64,000 nt of DNA from Buchnera aphidicola (Pentalonia nigronervosa) (GCA_014622685.1 CP061275.1:37471-101470); one strand, 5' to 3'; shown: positions 10,965 to 23,061, counted from the stretch's first letter. Translations and numbers: made by a program. Notes: generated by a model from the sequence alone, not told the origin.

Positions 10965-11425
10965 TTTTTTCTGAAATCTGCTGTTTTAATATTAGTATTA
11001 AATATTTGATTTGGATAAAACTACTTGTGTTTTGATGACCTTTTCATCATGTTAAATGCTATAAGATAATCGTAATGTAATAAGTTGATAAGAAATCTCT
11101 TGTTTTTTTATATATTTTTTCAGTAGATATTTGACATAATTTTGTAGTTAATGTACAGTTTTGTCCTCCACTATAATACTAATTATAAACATTTTAAATA
11201 CATATCGTTTAGTAAATATTTTTAAAAAGAATAATACAATTGTTAATTGTTCTTTTTGAAGTTTTTTATTTAACATATAAAAAATAAATAATTTATTTTT
11301 GTGGAGTTGATTACATATATGCTTTATTTTGATTTATAAAAATAGATACTACTATTTGAAATACGTGTTTTATAAAAGATTCAATTAAGTATCTTACAAA
11401 GAATTTTTAATAAATATTTTTATAA

Positions 11426-12667
11426 ATGTTTTATTTAAGAAAAACAATAGGCGAGAAAATATTGAATAATTTAATTTTAGTTTTGAATTGTGGTAGTTCT
11501 TCTATAAAATTTGCAATATTAAATTCTAAAAAAGAAAAAAAATATTTATTTGGAATAGTAGAACAATTATTTTTATCGAAAACATATGTTACATGGACTT
11601 GTTTAGGAAAAAAGCATAAAAAAAATATTGGATCATATGTATGTCACAAACAAGCATTAAATTTTGTCTTCGAAATTATACTTTCTACGCGACAAGATAT
11701 TTTAAAAAATTTAATCGGTATTGGTCATAGAGTAGTACATGGTGGATTAAAAATCAAAAAATCTGTTTTAGTAAATGATAATATTATAAAATATATTAAG
11801 GATGCATGTTGTTTTGCTCCATTACATAATCCAGTTAATTTAATTGGTATTCAGGAATCTATAAGACAATATCCTTGTTTATCTAAAAAAAATGTAGCTG
11901 TGTTTGATACTACATTTTATCAAAATATGCCTAAAACTGCTTTTTTATATGCTATTCCATATAGATTTTATAAAGATTATAATATTAGACGCTATGGAGC
12001 GCATGGTATTAGTCACGATTATGTATCTCGTAAATGCGCTGTTATTTTAAATAAAAAAATCAGACATTTAAACATTATAACATGTCATTTAGGAAATGGT
12101 GCTTCCATTTCTGCAATTCGAAATGGATTGTGTGTAGATACTTCTATGGGATTGACGCCGCTGGAAGGGTTAGTTATGGGTACACGTAGTGGTGATATAG
12201 ATCCTGCAGTTATTTTTTTTATGAACAAACAACTAAATATAAATATTACGCAAATTGAAGAAATTTTGACAAAAAAATCTGGTTTATTAGGTTTAAGTGG
12301 TATCAGCAGTGATTTTCGTTACTTTGAAAAACATTACTTTTTAGATAAAAAAGCAAAAATGTCAGTGGATGTTTTTTGTTATAGATTAGCTAAATATATT
12401 GGATCGTATTCTATATTAATGGATAATGATTTAGATGCATTAGTTTTTACAGGAGGTATAGGAGAAAATGTTCCTTTAGTACGGACGATTGTGATGTCTA
12501 AATTGTCTTTATTAAATTTTAACATTTGTGAAACAAGAAATAAATCTATAAATTTTGGTTTGTCTGGATTAATTACGACGGACAATTCGCGCCCAGCATT
12601 TGTAATTTCTACCGACGAAGAACTATCAATTGCGCAAGAAACATTGAATATAATTAATAATAAATGA
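11426..12667 (+). CDS. ackA: Acetate kinase
   Basis: Has LVLNCGSSSIKF, HRVVHGG, TCHLGNGASISA and FTGGIGEN, collinear with E. coli AckA. The true start may lie about 10 codons downstream. Confidence 0.95.
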   Translation: MFYLRKTIGEKILNNLILVLNCGSSSIKFAILNSKKEKKYLFGIVEQLFLSKTYVTWTCLGKKHKKNIGSYVCHKQALNFVFEIILSTRQDILKNLIGIGHRVVHGGLKIKKSVLVNDNIIKYIKDACCFAPLHNPVNLIGIQESIRQYPCLSKKNVAVFDTTFYQNMPKTAFLYAIPYRFYKDYNIRRYGAHGISHDYVSRKCAVILNKKIRHLNIITCHLGNGASISAIRNGLCVDTSMGLTPLEGLVMGTRSGDIDPAVIFFMNKQLNINITQIEEILTKKSGLLGLSGISSDFRYFEKHYFLDKKAKMSVDVFCYRLAKYIGSYSILMDNDLDALVFTGGIGENVPLVRTIVMSKLSLLNFNICETRNKSINFGLSGLITTDNSRPAFVISTDEELSIAQETLNIINNK

Positions 12668-12712
12668 TGTTTTTTTTAAAATATATATGTAAATTATAAT
12701 AATAGGAATTTT

Positions 12713-14842
12713 ATGTCACGTATTATAATGTTAATACCCGTAGATCATGATGTTGGCTTAACCGCAATTAGTTTAAGTTTGATTGATATTTTTTCAAAAA
12801 ACGTAATAAAAAAAAATAACTATGCACCGATTTTGTATTGCTCTTGTGAAAATCATTTTTTAAATTCCGCTCCAATTATTATTAACAAATATTTTTCAGA
12901 TATGGTTAGTATTTTAGAATATATTGATTTTTCTTCAGAATTATTTAACTCTGCAAAATATTTTTTTTCATTAGATAAAATTATTAAAGAATGTCATAAA
13001 AAAAAAAATATTCATGAATTAATATTGATCACGGGTTTAAAAAGTCATAATAATATTTATGCAGAACAAATTAATTATGATATTGCACAAAATATAAGCG
13101 CGGAAGTGATATTTGTAATAAATTTAAAAAACACTTCTTTAAAATATGCGTTAAAAAAAGAAAATCAAATTAAAATTTTTTTAGAAAGAAAGAAATATAA
13201 AAATGTTTTAGGTGTTGTTATTAACAATATTAACTCCCCATTTTTGGAAAAAAAATATTGTTTTACGCAAAAGTTAATTTATTTGAAAAAAATAAGAAAT
13301 AATTATAAAATCAATTATGTTAAAAAAACATGTTTTGAACAAAATGTTGTTCCCATTATTGCTCAAATTCCATGGAACAAATGTTTTTTGAAAATATCTC
13401 TTACAGATATAAAAAAAATGTTGGATGCGACGGTAATTGGATGTAGAAAAAAGTTCAATCGAATTATAACAGAAATATATTTTTTTAATCAAGAATTTCA
13501 AAACATGTTGCAGGTTTTTCATTCAGGTTGCTTAATAATACTTTCGTGGAACCAAATTGATTTTTTTATAAATACATTTTGTTTTAATTTAAAAAATAGT
13601 ATTGGTGGAATTTTGCTATTTAATTCATTTAAAACAGACATATGTTTTTTACAAAAAAAATGTCAATTTTTTATTCATAATCACATTCCTATCTTATTTA
13701 TTCAAAAGAATGTCATAAATCTTGTTACAAAATTACAAATGATGAATTTTGATTTATTTACTAAAAATAAAAAATATATTAAAAAATTACAGACATATAT
13801 ATCTCGTTTTTTTTCTGATTCATTTAAAAAATGTTCTTTAAAAAATACAACACGTAAGGCAATGTTTTCTCCAAGAGAGTTTTGTCATTATCTAGAAAGC
13901 ATGTCTAGAACGAAAAACAAGCGTATTATACTTCCCGAATCTTATGAAGAACGTATCTTACAGGCTGCATCAATATGTTACAGATTAAATATTGCACAGT
14001 GTGTATTATTAGGTGATCCGAAGAAAATTTATAGCATAGCTCATCATAAAGGTATTCAATTAAGTAAAAATATTGAAATTATTAATCCTTATTTAGTGAG
14101 AAACAGTTATATTAAACGATTTATGGATTTACGAAAAAACAAAAATTTAGATGAGTTATCGGCAATTAAAAAACTGCAGGATAACATAATGTTAGCAACA
14201 TTAATATTAGAATCAAATAAAGTTGATGGACTTGTTTCTGGATCGATCAATACAACAGCTAATACTGTCCGCCCCGCCTTGCAAATAATTAAGACTGATC
14301 TTCAGAATTCATTAGTATCATCTATATTTTTTATGTTATTGCCAAATCAAGTACTGATTTATGGTGATTGTGCTATCAACATTAATCCTACTGCTGAAGA
14401 ATTGGCTACAATTGCTATTCAGTCAGCTGATTCAGCAAAAATTTTTGGTATAGAGCCTAGAATTGCAATGTTATCGTATTCTACTGGTTATTCTGGTTGT
14501 GGTGATTTAGTAGAAAAAATTCGACTTGCTACTATGATTGTTAAAAAAAAACGATCTGATTTAATCATTGATGGTCCTATTCAATATGACGCGGCCGTTT
14601 CAGATACAGTATTTAAATTAAAGATTCCTAATTCTCCAATTTTTGGTTCTGCTACTGTATTTATTTTTCCAGATTTGAATGCAGGAAATATAGCTTATAA
14701 AGCCGTACAACGTTCTGCTGATATACTTGCACTTGGTCCAATGCTACAAGGGTTAAAAAAACCAGTAAATGATTTATCACGAGGCGCTTCTGTTAGAGAT
14801 ATTATTTACACCATTGCGTTAACATCTATTCAGTGCATATAA
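12713..14842 (+). CDS. pta: Phosphate acetyltransferase
   Basis: 709 aa. MSRIIMLIP N-terminus as in E. coli Pta. The C-terminal catalytic domain has GAxHTTANT-like SINTTANTVRP, DLNAGNIAYKAVQRSAD and NDLSRGAS. Confidence 0.96.
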   Translation: MSRIIMLIPVDHDVGLTAISLSLIDIFSKNVIKKNNYAPILYCSCENHFLNSAPIIINKYFSDMVSILEYIDFSSELFNSAKYFFSLDKIIKECHKKKNIHELILITGLKSHNNIYAEQINYDIAQNISAEVIFVINLKNTSLKYALKKENQIKIFLERKKYKNVLGVVINNINSPFLEKKYCFTQKLIYLKKIRNNYKINYVKKTCFEQNVVPIIAQIPWNKCFLKISLTDIKKMLDATVIGCRKKFNRIITEIYFFNQEFQNMLQVFHSGCLIILSWNQIDFFINTFCFNLKNSIGGILLFNSFKTDICFLQKKCQFFIHNHIPILFIQKNVINLVTKLQMMNFDLFTKNKKYIKKLQTYISRFFSDSFKKCSLKNTTRKAMFSPREFCHYLESMSRTKNKRIILPESYEERILQAASICYRLNIAQCVLLGDPKKIYSIAHHKGIQLSKNIEIINPYLVRNSYIKRFMDLRKNKNLDELSAIKKLQDNIMLATLILESNKVDGLVSGSINTTANTVRPALQIIKTDLQNSLVSSIFFMLLPNQVLIYGDCAININPTAEELATIAIQSADSAKIFGIEPRIAMLSYSTGYSGCGDLVEKIRLATMIVKKKRSDLIIDGPIQYDAAVSDTVFKLKIPNSPIFGSATVFIFPDLNAGNIAYKAVQRSADILALGPMLQGLKKPVNDLSRGASVRDIIYTIALTSIQCI

Positions 14843-14878
14843 AAACGTTTTTTCATAAGGATTTACTTGTTGTATTAA

Positions 14879-15139
14879 TTATATTTTAATTATTATGTTA
14901 CTATTTGGTATACAACAGCATGGAAAAATTTCTCCTTTATTAAATAAAGCAGCTATAGGCTGTTTTATAAAATATGAGATTTGTCCGTGTATTAGTTGTA
15001 TTCGGCATATTCCACAATAACCAGATTGGCATTGATAATCTATTTGTATATGATTTTTTTTTAAAACGTATAATAGTGATTTATCTTTTATATATAATAT
15101 TTTTTTTTTGTTAGCGACTTGTATAATAAAGTTAATCAT
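14879..15139 (-). CDS. yfaE: 2Fe-2S ferredoxin YfaE (NrdB maintenance)
   Basis: YQCQSGYCGICR plus a distal CC. About 86 aa from ATG 15139, which lies just after the nrdB stop. The longer 103-aa ORF would overlap nrdB. Confidence 0.85.
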   Translation of the reverse strand: MINFIIQVANKKKILYIKDKSLLYVLKKNHIQIDYQCQSGYCGICRIQLIHGQISYFIKQPIAALFNKGEIFPCCCIPNSNIIIKI

Positions 15140-15143
15140 ATAT

Positions 15144-16274
15144 TTATAACTTAAATTTTTGAAATTCGTAATTAGATACTTCTGAATCAATTTGACCCAC
15201 TAGATAAGAACTAATTTCTGTTTCTTGTGGAGCATTTTGTATGCTATCAGAAGTAAGCCAAGAATTTATCCACGGAATAGGATTTGATTGTTTTTTAAAA
15301 TACGCTGAAAGACCAATTGAATTCATACGAATATTTGTAATGTACTCTATGTATTGACATAAAATATCTTTATTCAATCCAAGCATTGATCCGTCTTTGA
15401 ATAAGTATTCAGCCCATTTTTTTTCTTGATCTGCAGCTGTAACAAATATTTCAATTGCTTCTTGTTTGCATTCTTTTGCAATATCTATCATAGATTCTTC
15501 ATTGTTTATGTTATTTAAAATATGTAGTATATGTTGTGTTCCTGTTAAGTGTAGCGCTTCATCTCTTGCAATTAGTCGTATAATTTTTGCGTTCCCCTCC
15601 ATTAATTCTCGTTCAGCAAATGCAAAAGAACAAGCGAAGCTGACATAAAATCTAATAGCTTCCAGTACATTAACACTAATTAAACAAAGATATAATTTTT
15701 TCTTTAATAATTGTAAATTGATGTTAATTTTTTTTTCGTTAATAACATGTGATCCTTCACCTAGTAAATGCCAATAACTGGTCATATTGATTAATTCATC
15801 ATAGTATGTCGAGATATTTTGAGCACGATCATTAATATATTTATTAGAAATAATATCATCAAATATTAAAGATGGAGAATTAACGATATTTCTAATGATA
15901 TGAGTATATGAACGAGAGTGAATCGTTTCAGAAAAAGACCATGTTTCAATCCAAGTTTCAAGTTCTGGAATAGAGATAATTGGAAGAAATGCTATGTTTG
16001 GACTTCTTCCTTGTATAGAATCTAATAGTGTTTGATATTTTAAATTACTAACAAAAATATGTTTTTCGTGATCAGGTAAATTATAAAAGTCAATTCTATC
16101 TCGAGAAAGATCTATTTCTTCTGGACGCCAAAAAAATGATAGTTGTTTTTCAATCAATTTTTCGAAGATAGTGTATTTTTGTTGATCATACCTAGCAATA
16201 TTTACAGGTTGACCAAAAAACATAGGTTCTTTAAGTTGATCATTTTTTTTTTTTGAAAATGTTGTATAAGACAT
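15144..16274 (-). CDS. nrdB: Ribonucleotide reductase class Ia beta subunit
   Basis: 376 aa with the diiron motif region ..RDEALHLTG.. and collinear with E. coli NrdB. An in-frame A12 tract sits at codons 7-11. Confidence 0.97.
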   Translation of the reverse strand: MSYTTFSKKKNDQLKEPMFFGQPVNIARYDQQKYTIFEKLIEKQLSFFWRPEEIDLSRDRIDFYNLPDHEKHIFVSNLKYQTLLDSIQGRSPNIAFLPIISIPELETWIETWSFSETIHSRSYTHIIRNIVNSPSLIFDDIISNKYINDRAQNISTYYDELINMTSYWHLLGEGSHVINEKKININLQLLKKKLYLCLISVNVLEAIRFYVSFACSFAFAERELMEGNAKIIRLIARDEALHLTGTQHILHILNNINNEESMIDIAKECKQEAIEIFVTAADQEKKWAEYLFKDGSMLGLNKDILCQYIEYITNIRMNSIGLSAYFKKQSNPIPWINSWLTSDSIQNAPQETEISSYLVGQIDSEVSNYEFQKFKL

Positions 16275-16327
16275 TGTTTTACCTAATTAAAACATTATTT
16301 TAAAGTGTATTTATAATTTTTCTAATT

Positions 16328-18613
16328 TTATATAATGCAGGATCCGCTGTTGCAATAATCTTGCATATTTGGTTCTATTGTAATATTTTGCTGATCTTGT
16401 GTTCCATCTCGCGTATTTTGATAATATAGTGTTTTTAAGCCTAATTTATATGACATTAATAAATCATATAATAGTTGTTTCATAGGGATTTTTTCGTTTA
16501 GAAATCTTTTTGGGTCATAATGAGTATTTACAGAAATAGATTGATCAACAAATTTTTGCATAATAGCTGCCAATTGTAAATATCCTGTATTATTTGGTAT
16601 ATCCCATAGTAATTCATATTTCGATTTTAATTTTTTGTATTCTGGTACTACTTGTCTCAAAATTCCATCTTTAGACACTTTTATACTAATAAAACCGCGA
16701 GGTGGTTCAATTCCATTAGTTGCATTTGAAATTTGTGAAGATGTTTCAGATGGCATTAAAGCGGATAACGTAGAATTTCTTAATCCGTATTTTTTTATTT
16801 TATTACGTAACATTTCCCAATCTAAGTGTAAAGGTTCACTACATATTGTATCAACATCTTTTTTATATGTATCTATAGGCAATTTTCCTAAGAAATAATT
16901 TGTTTGGTGAAATAAAGAGCATGATCCTTTTTCTTTTGCTAATTGGCAAGATGCTTGCAATAGATAGTATTGCATTGCTTCAAAAGTTCTATGTGTTAAA
17001 TTTTTTGCGCTGCCATCTGAATAACGAACGCCATTTTTAGCTAAATAGTATGCAAAATTAATTACTCCAATACCTAAAGATCGTCTAGAAATAGATGATT
17101 TTTTAGCAGACGGTATAGGATAATTTTGATATTCTAATATTTCATCAAGTGCTCGAATAGATAGTACAGCTAATTCTTGAAAGTCATCTAAATTATTTAT
17201 AGCTCCTAAATTAATAGCAGATAGTGTACAGAGTGCAATTTCGCCATTTTCATCATTAATATTATTTAACGGTGTTGTTGGTAGAGTAATTTCTAAACAT
17301 AAGTTAGATTGTTTTATTGGAGCTAATTTTGGATTAAATGGGCTGTGTGAATTACAGTGATCTACATTTTGTATATAAATTCTACCTGTTGATGTTCTTT
17401 CTTGCATAATTAACGAAAATAAATCTAATGCTTTTACACATTTTTTTCGTATGTTTTTATCTTTTTCATATTCAATATATTTTTTTTCAAATTGTTGTTG
17501 ATTTGAAAAGAACGTTTCATATAGTTTAGGAACATCAGAAGGACTAAATAGTGTAATATTTTTTCCTGATAACATTCTTTGATACATTAATCTATTAATT
17601 TGTAATGCATAATCAACATGGCGAACTCTATTTTCTTCAATACCCCTGTTGTTTTTCAAAACTAATAAATTCTCAACTTCAAAATGCCATATTGGATAAA
17701 AAATGGTTGCAGCACCCCCTCGAACGCCACCTTGTGAACAAGATTTTACAGCGCTTTGAAATAGTTTATAAAAAGGTATGCAGCCAGTATGAAAAGCTTC
17801 TCCATATCTGATAGGGCTACCTATTGCGCGTATTTGACCAGCGTTAATTCCAATTCCAGCGCGTTGTGAAACATATTTCACAATAGAACTGGTAGTTGCG
17901 TTAATAGAATTTAAATTATCTGCACATTCAATTAATACACATGAGCTAAATTGACGAGTTGGTGTTCTTACTCCTGACATAATTGGCGTGGGTAGTGAAA
18001 TTTTAAATGTAGAAATGGCATTGTAAAATCGTTTAACATAATCCATTCTAATACATTTTTTATATTTTGCAAACAAACATGCAGATATCAAGATATACAG
18101 GAATTGTGCGCTTTCGTAAATTTTTCCAGTGACTCGATTTTGTATTAAATATTTTTTTTCTAATTGTTTAACTGCAGCGTAAGAAAAATTCATATCGCGC
18201 CAATGGTCGATAAAGGTATTCATTTCTATGTATTCTTGATGAGAGTAATATTTTAATAGGTTTTTGTCATACTTTCCTAAAGAAATCATTTTTTTTACAT
18301 GTTCGTATAATACGGGAGGTTCAAATTGTCCATACGCTTGTTTTCTGAGATGAAATATAGACAATCGTGCAGCCATATATTGGTAATCAGGTGTTTCCTG
18401 CGAGATTAAATCAGCTGCAGATTTAATAATCGTTTCATGTATATTAATTGTAGTAATGTTGTTATAAAATTGAATTCGGGAATGTAATGCAACTTGAGAA
18501 ATAGATATATCTTTCAATCCTGTGGCAGCCCAGTTTAATACTTTATAGATTTTATCAAGATTTATTTTTTCTTTTTTACCATTACGTTTAATAACAAATA
18601 AACTATTTTTCAT
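16328..18613 (-). CDS. nrdA: Ribonucleotide reductase class Ia alpha subunit
   Basis: 761 aa with an N-terminal ATP-cone, the catalytic region SNLCLEI, and the C-terminal CNSGSCII redox pair. Confidence 0.97.
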   Translation of the reverse strand: MKNSLFVIKRNGKKEKINLDKIYKVLNWAATGLKDISISQVALHSRIQFYNNITTINIHETIIKSAADLISQETPDYQYMAARLSIFHLRKQAYGQFEPPVLYEHVKKMISLGKYDKNLLKYYSHQEYIEMNTFIDHWRDMNFSYAAVKQLEKKYLIQNRVTGKIYESAQFLYILISACLFAKYKKCIRMDYVKRFYNAISTFKISLPTPIMSGVRTPTRQFSSCVLIECADNLNSINATTSSIVKYVSQRAGIGINAGQIRAIGSPIRYGEAFHTGCIPFYKLFQSAVKSCSQGGVRGGAATIFYPIWHFEVENLLVLKNNRGIEENRVRHVDYALQINRLMYQRMLSGKNITLFSPSDVPKLYETFFSNQQQFEKKYIEYEKDKNIRKKCVKALDLFSLIMQERTSTGRIYIQNVDHCNSHSPFNPKLAPIKQSNLCLEITLPTTPLNNINDENGEIALCTLSAINLGAINNLDDFQELAVLSIRALDEILEYQNYPIPSAKKSSISRRSLGIGVINFAYYLAKNGVRYSDGSAKNLTHRTFEAMQYYLLQASCQLAKEKGSCSLFHQTNYFLGKLPIDTYKKDVDTICSEPLHLDWEMLRNKIKKYGLRNSTLSALMPSETSSQISNATNGIEPPRGFISIKVSKDGILRQVVPEYKKLKSKYELLWDIPNNTGYLQLAAIMQKFVDQSISVNTHYDPKRFLNEKIPMKQLLYDLLMSYKLGLKTLYYQNTRDGTQDQQNITIEPNMQDYCNSGSCII

Positions 18614-18670
18614 ATTTATTTATCTTTTTATAAAATATGTAAGAATTTTATCAGATTTTTAAAAACATTT

Positions 18671-21175
18671 TTATATAGATTCTACTATTCTTTGTAATGC
18701 CACTACTTTTTCGTTTTTAGATGTTCTAATTAGAATTACGCCTTGAGTATTTCTGCCTAGCACACCAATTTCAGATACTCTAATCCTAACTAAAGTTCCT
18801 GCATTTGTGATCATCATAATCTGATCTTTTTCCATAACTGTTATTGCGCCAATTATTTTACCATTCTTTTTGGTTATTTTAATAGAAATAACTCCTTGAG
18901 TTGCGCGTGATTTTATAGGAAAATCAGTAATTTTAGTACGTTTTCCATATCCGTTTCTTGTTGCAATTAAGATGTTATCTTTTTTTTGAGGTACAATTAA
19001 TGAAACGACTTTATCGTTTTTTTTGATTTTAATACCCTTAACTCCTGATGCAGTTCTCCCCATCGTACGAACGCTGCTTTCTATAAATTGAACAACCTTT
19101 CCATTTTGTGTAAATAACATAATATTATTTTTTCCATTAGTTAATGCTACTCCAATTAACTCATCATCAGTATGTAAATTAATTGCTATAATTCCTGAAT
19201 TTCTAGGTCTCTTAAATTGTTTTAATGAACTTTTTTTAACTTTTCCATGTGCTGTTGCCATAAAGATATTAAGATTGTCTTTATATTCGTGTACTGGCAG
19301 TATTGCTGTAATCCTTTCTTTATGACTTAATGGCAATAAATTTACTATAGGACGACCTCTAGCATTTCGACTGGATTCTGGTAATTGATAGACTTTCATC
19401 CAATATAAAATACCTCGGCTAGAAAAGCATAATATAGTATCATGTGTATTTGCGATAATTAAACTTTCTATGAAATCTGCTTCTTTGGTTTTTGCAGCTG
19501 ATTTTCCTTTTCCGCCTCGTTTTTGTGCATTATAATCAGAAATAGGCTGATATTTTACATATCCAGAATGTGATAATGTTACTACAACGTCCTCTTGATG
19601 AATGAGGTCTGCTATATTAATATTGGAATAATTTTCAACTATTTCTGTTCTTCTTTTATCGCTGAAATTGTTTTGTATTAATATTAATTCTTGTTTAATA
19701 ACACTTAACATTTTATTTGGATTTTCTAAAATATCTTTTAATTGGTTAGTTTTATGTGTTAAAAGTTTATATTCTTGAATAATTTTGTCTTTTTCTAAAT
19801 TCGTTAATTTTTGTAAGCGTAAATCTAAAATTGATTGAATTTGTTTTTCAGTGAAACAATAACTGTCTTGTGTGTGTTTATTTTTTAGATCTAATGTCTT
19901 GGGATTATTAGATAAAAGATGTTTATATGTCCATTTTTTCTTTATCATTAAATTTTTAACATCTACAATACTAGTAGAATTTTTTATTATTTTAATAATT
20001 TCATTAATATTAACTAAAGCGACATTTAAACCTTCAAGTATATGTATTCGGTCTTGTGTTTTGTTTAATTCAAAGATACTACGTCGCGTGATAATTTCTT
20101 TTCGATGTAATAAGAAATATTGTAATATGTCTTTTAAAGATAAAATTTTTGGTTGTCCTTGACATAGTGCTACCATATTAATTCCGAAAGAAATTTGTAA
20201 TTGTGTTAAAGAGTATAATTGATTTAAAATGATTTCAGAGGCTGCTTCTTTTTTAATTTCAATTACAATTCGCATACCGTCTTTGTCAGATTCATCACGT
20301 AAAGTTGTGATGCCATCAATTCTTTTTTCTTTAACTAGTTCTGCTATCTTTTCAATTAAACGCGATTTGTTAACTTGATAAGGTATTTCATTAAAAATAA
20401 TAGATTCTTTTTTAGTTTTTTTGTTTTTTTCAATTTTGCTACGTGCTTTTATATAGATTTTTCCTTTTCCTGTGCGATATGCTTCTTGAATTCCTAGTTT
20501 TCCATGAATTATACCAGCTGTTGGAAAATCTGGCCCAGGAATATAATTCATTAGTTCTTTTAAGGTGATATCGTTATTGTCAATATACGCTAAGCATCCA
20601 TTAATAATCTCATTTAAATTATGTGGAGGAATATTTGTCGCCATTCCAACAGCAATTCCGGATGATCCGTTTATTAAAAGATTTGGTATTTTTGCGGGTA
20701 ATATTTCTGGAATATTTTCTGTTCCGTCATAGTTTGGTGAAAATTCAACTGTATTTTTTTCTAAATCGTTTAATAATTCATGAGCAATTTTAGACATGCG
20801 AATTTCTGTATATCGCATCGCTGCAGCAGCATCTCCATCTATAGAGCCAAAATTCCCTTGTCCATCTATTAGCACATATCGCAATGAAAAATGTTGTGCC
20901 ATACGGACTATAGAATCATATACAGCCGAATCTCCATGAGGATGATATTTTCCTATAACGTCACCAACAATTCTAGCAGATTTCTTATATGCTTTGTTCC
21001 AATCATTATGCAATATATGCATTGCAAACAGTATTCTTCGATGAACTGGTTTTAATCCATCTCTAACATCTGGTAAAGCACGTCCAATTATTACAGACAT
21101 TGCATAATCTAAGTAGGAGCTTTTTAATTCTTTTTCAATATCAATTTTTATGATTTCTCGCGTGGAGTTTTTCAT
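18671..21175 (-). CDS. gyrA: DNA gyrase subunit A
   Basis: 834 aa with [10 protein letters not shown] (QRDR), the AAAMRYTE active-site Tyr and C-terminal beta-pinwheel repeats. Confidence 0.98.
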   Translation of the reverse strand: MKNSTREIIKIDIEKELKSSYLDYAMSVIIGRALPDVRDGLKPVHRRILFAMHILHNDWNKAYKKSARIVGDVIGKYHPHGDSAVYDSIVRMAQHFSLRYVLIDGQGNFGSIDGDAAAAMRYTEIRMSKIAHELLNDLEKNTVEFSPNYDGTENIPEILPAKIPNLLINGSSGIAVGMATNIPPHNLNEIINGCLAYIDNNDITLKELMNYIPGPDFPTAGIIHGKLGIQEAYRTGKGKIYIKARSKIEKNKKTKKESIIFNEIPYQVNKSRLIEKIAELVKEKRIDGITTLRDESDKDGMRIVIEIKKEAASEIILNQLYSLTQLQISFGINMVALCQGQPKILSLKDILQYFLLHRKEIITRRSIFELNKTQDRIHILEGLNVALVNINEIIKIIKNSTSIVDVKNLMIKKKWTYKHLLSNNPKTLDLKNKHTQDSYCFTEKQIQSILDLRLQKLTNLEKDKIIQEYKLLTHKTNQLKDILENPNKMLSVIKQELILIQNNFSDKRRTEIVENYSNINIADLIHQEDVVVTLSHSGYVKYQPISDYNAQKRGGKGKSAAKTKEADFIESLIIANTHDTILCFSSRGILYWMKVYQLPESSRNARGRPIVNLLPLSHKERITAILPVHEYKDNLNIFMATAHGKVKKSSLKQFKRPRNSGIIAINLHTDDELIGVALTNGKNNIMLFTQNGKVVQFIESSVRTMGRTASGVKGIKIKKNDKVVSLIVPQKKDNILIATRNGYGKRTKITDFPIKSRATQGVISIKITKKNGKIIGAITVMEKDQIMMITNAGTLVRIRVSEIGVLGRNTQGVILIRTSKNEKVVALQRIVESI

Positions 21176-21431
21176 ATAGCTCTTTTATCTCTTCATTAAT
21201 TAATGTAATTAAATTAAGTTTGAAAAATTATATCATAATTCAAGTTTACGATACATTGAAAGAGAGCGATTCCAATGAAAGGGATGACTTTGTTATATTT
21301 TCATAGTAAAAACATTTTTATGTTGTGTATTTTATAATAACGTATTAATATAAAAATATAATGCATATAATCGTTTCACAATGATAAAAATATATTATTT
21401 TTTTTGTATTTTTTAAATATGAGATCCACAT

Positions 21432-22205
21432 ATGAAAAATGAAGAAAAAATTTTAATAGAGAATTTATTTCATCGATTAAAAAAAATTGATTCAAACAAT
21501 TGCGCAAAAGATAGTGAAGCAAATGATTTAATTCAAGAATTTGTAAAAAGACAACCTTCTTCTTCTTATTACATGACCCAAACAATATTAATTCAAGAAA
21601 CAGCAATAAAAAAAATGAGTATGGAAATAGAAAATTTAAAGCAAAAAGTTTCTATCTTGCAAAAAGAACAATCAGAAAAAAAACCAAGTTTTTTATCCAA
21701 TTTTTTTAAAAATAAAACTTCTCCATCGGCGTCACCGCATGATAGAAATGTATGGAATGACAAAAATCATCTTTCTGCACCTTATCATTCTCATGCAACT
21801 CCATCATTTCCTACGCCAAATCCCGGATATGCAACAACAGGAAATGGTAGCTTTCTTAGTAATGCGTTACAAACAGCAACAGGAGTAGCAGGTGGTATGA
21901 TTTTAGGTAATATGTTAATGAATGTTTTTAATCATACTAAACCGGAAGAAGAAATATTTAATGCAATTCATACATCAAATGAAAATCATCATATAGATCA
22001 TCCCCTTCCTGACAATTCTATTGATGTAAATTCGCATACTGAAAATAATACCAATTTGACGAGTTTTGAAAATAATGAATCTGCGGATATGAACAAAAAT
22101 ATTCATTATTCAAATGACGCGAACAATATAAATAATATTGAGAATACTTATGATGTAAATCATGAAACCGACGATATTGATATGCATGATGATAATTTTA
22201 TTTAA
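21432..22205 (+). CDS. Conserved hypothetical protein, DUF2076/COG3416-like N-terminus with an Asn/His/Asp-rich tail
   Basis: 257 aa. The N-terminal ..EEKILIENLFHRLKK...DLIQEFVKRQPSSSYYMTQTILIQETAIKK.. resembles the DUF2076 family as I recall it. A central Gly-rich hydrophobic patch is followed by a low-complexity C-terminus. Confidence 0.6.
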   Translation: MKNEEKILIENLFHRLKKIDSNNCAKDSEANDLIQEFVKRQPSSSYYMTQTILIQETAIKKMSMEIENLKQKVSILQKEQSEKKPSFLSNFFKNKTSPSASPHDRNVWNDKNHLSAPYHSHATPSFPTPNPGYATTGNGSFLSNALQTATGVAGGMILGNMLMNVFNHTKPEEEIFNAIHTSNENHHIDHPLPDNSIDVNSHTENNTNLTSFENNESADMNKNIHYSNDANNINNIENTYDVNHETDDIDMHDDNFI

Positions 22206-22353
22206 ATGATTAAATATATTACAATTAGTTTGTATTTTTTAAAAATTGGAATTCTTTTTCAAAATCTCAATTAAGTTAAGATTTGATACCTTTTATATGA
22301 ATTTGTAGACATAAAGCCAGCATAAGATATGCTTTGCTGACTTTAAATTTTAA

Positions 22354-22947
22354 TTAAGATTGTTTTGTTAAATATTCAGCTAGACCTTTTGAAGAAGGTT
22401 TTATTCCTAGTTTTCCAGGATGCCAGTTAGCAGGACATACTTCACCGTATTTTTTATGAAATGCTATAGCATCTATTATACGGATTATTTCATGTATATT
22501 TCGTCCAATTGGAAGATCGTTAATAACTTGATGACGAATTACCCATTGAGAATCAATTACAAAAGAGGCACGTAAAGCTACACCAATTTCAGGATGTTCG
22601 ATACCATAAGATTTTTGAATATTATGTTTTATGTCTGATACCATTGGAAAGTTTATTTTTCCAATTCCGCCGTACTCAGGAAGTGTTTTTTGCCATGCTT
22701 GATGAACAAATACATTATCGATTGATATTCCAACAATTTTTGTGTTTCTTTTTTTAAAATCCTGATATAGTTTATTAAATTCTATAATTTCAGTTGGGCA
22801 AACGAATGTAAAGTCCATTGGCCAAAAAAATAACACAGTTAATTGACCATTAGAATATTTTTTTAGATCAAAATTCTCAACTATTTCACCGTTTTTCAAA
22901 ATTGCTGGAGCAATAAAATTTGGTGCTTTTTGTGTAACTAAAACCAT
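22354..22947 (-). CDS. ahpC: Typical 2-Cys peroxiredoxin (alkyl hydroperoxide reductase C-like)
   Basis: 197 aa with the peroxidatic FTFVCPTEI and the resolving EVCPANW. Confidence 0.95.
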   Translation of the reverse strand: MVLVTQKAPNFIAPAILKNGEIVENFDLKKYSNGQLTVLFFWPMDFTFVCPTEIIEFNKLYQDFKKRNTKIVGISIDNVFVHQAWQKTLPEYGGIGKINFPMVSDIKHNIQKSYGIEHPEIGVALRASFVIDSQWVIRHQVINDLPIGRNIHEIIRIIDAIAFHKKYGEVCPANWHPGKLGIKPSSKGLAEYLTKQS

Positions 22948-23061
22948 GTGTTTTCCTATAGTTTTTTAATTTAAAGTATATTTTTAGTAATATAAATTTG
23001 ATTATTTTTTTTAATTAAGGAATTTAATTTTTATGCCATGTACTAATATTTGGAATAGAGT

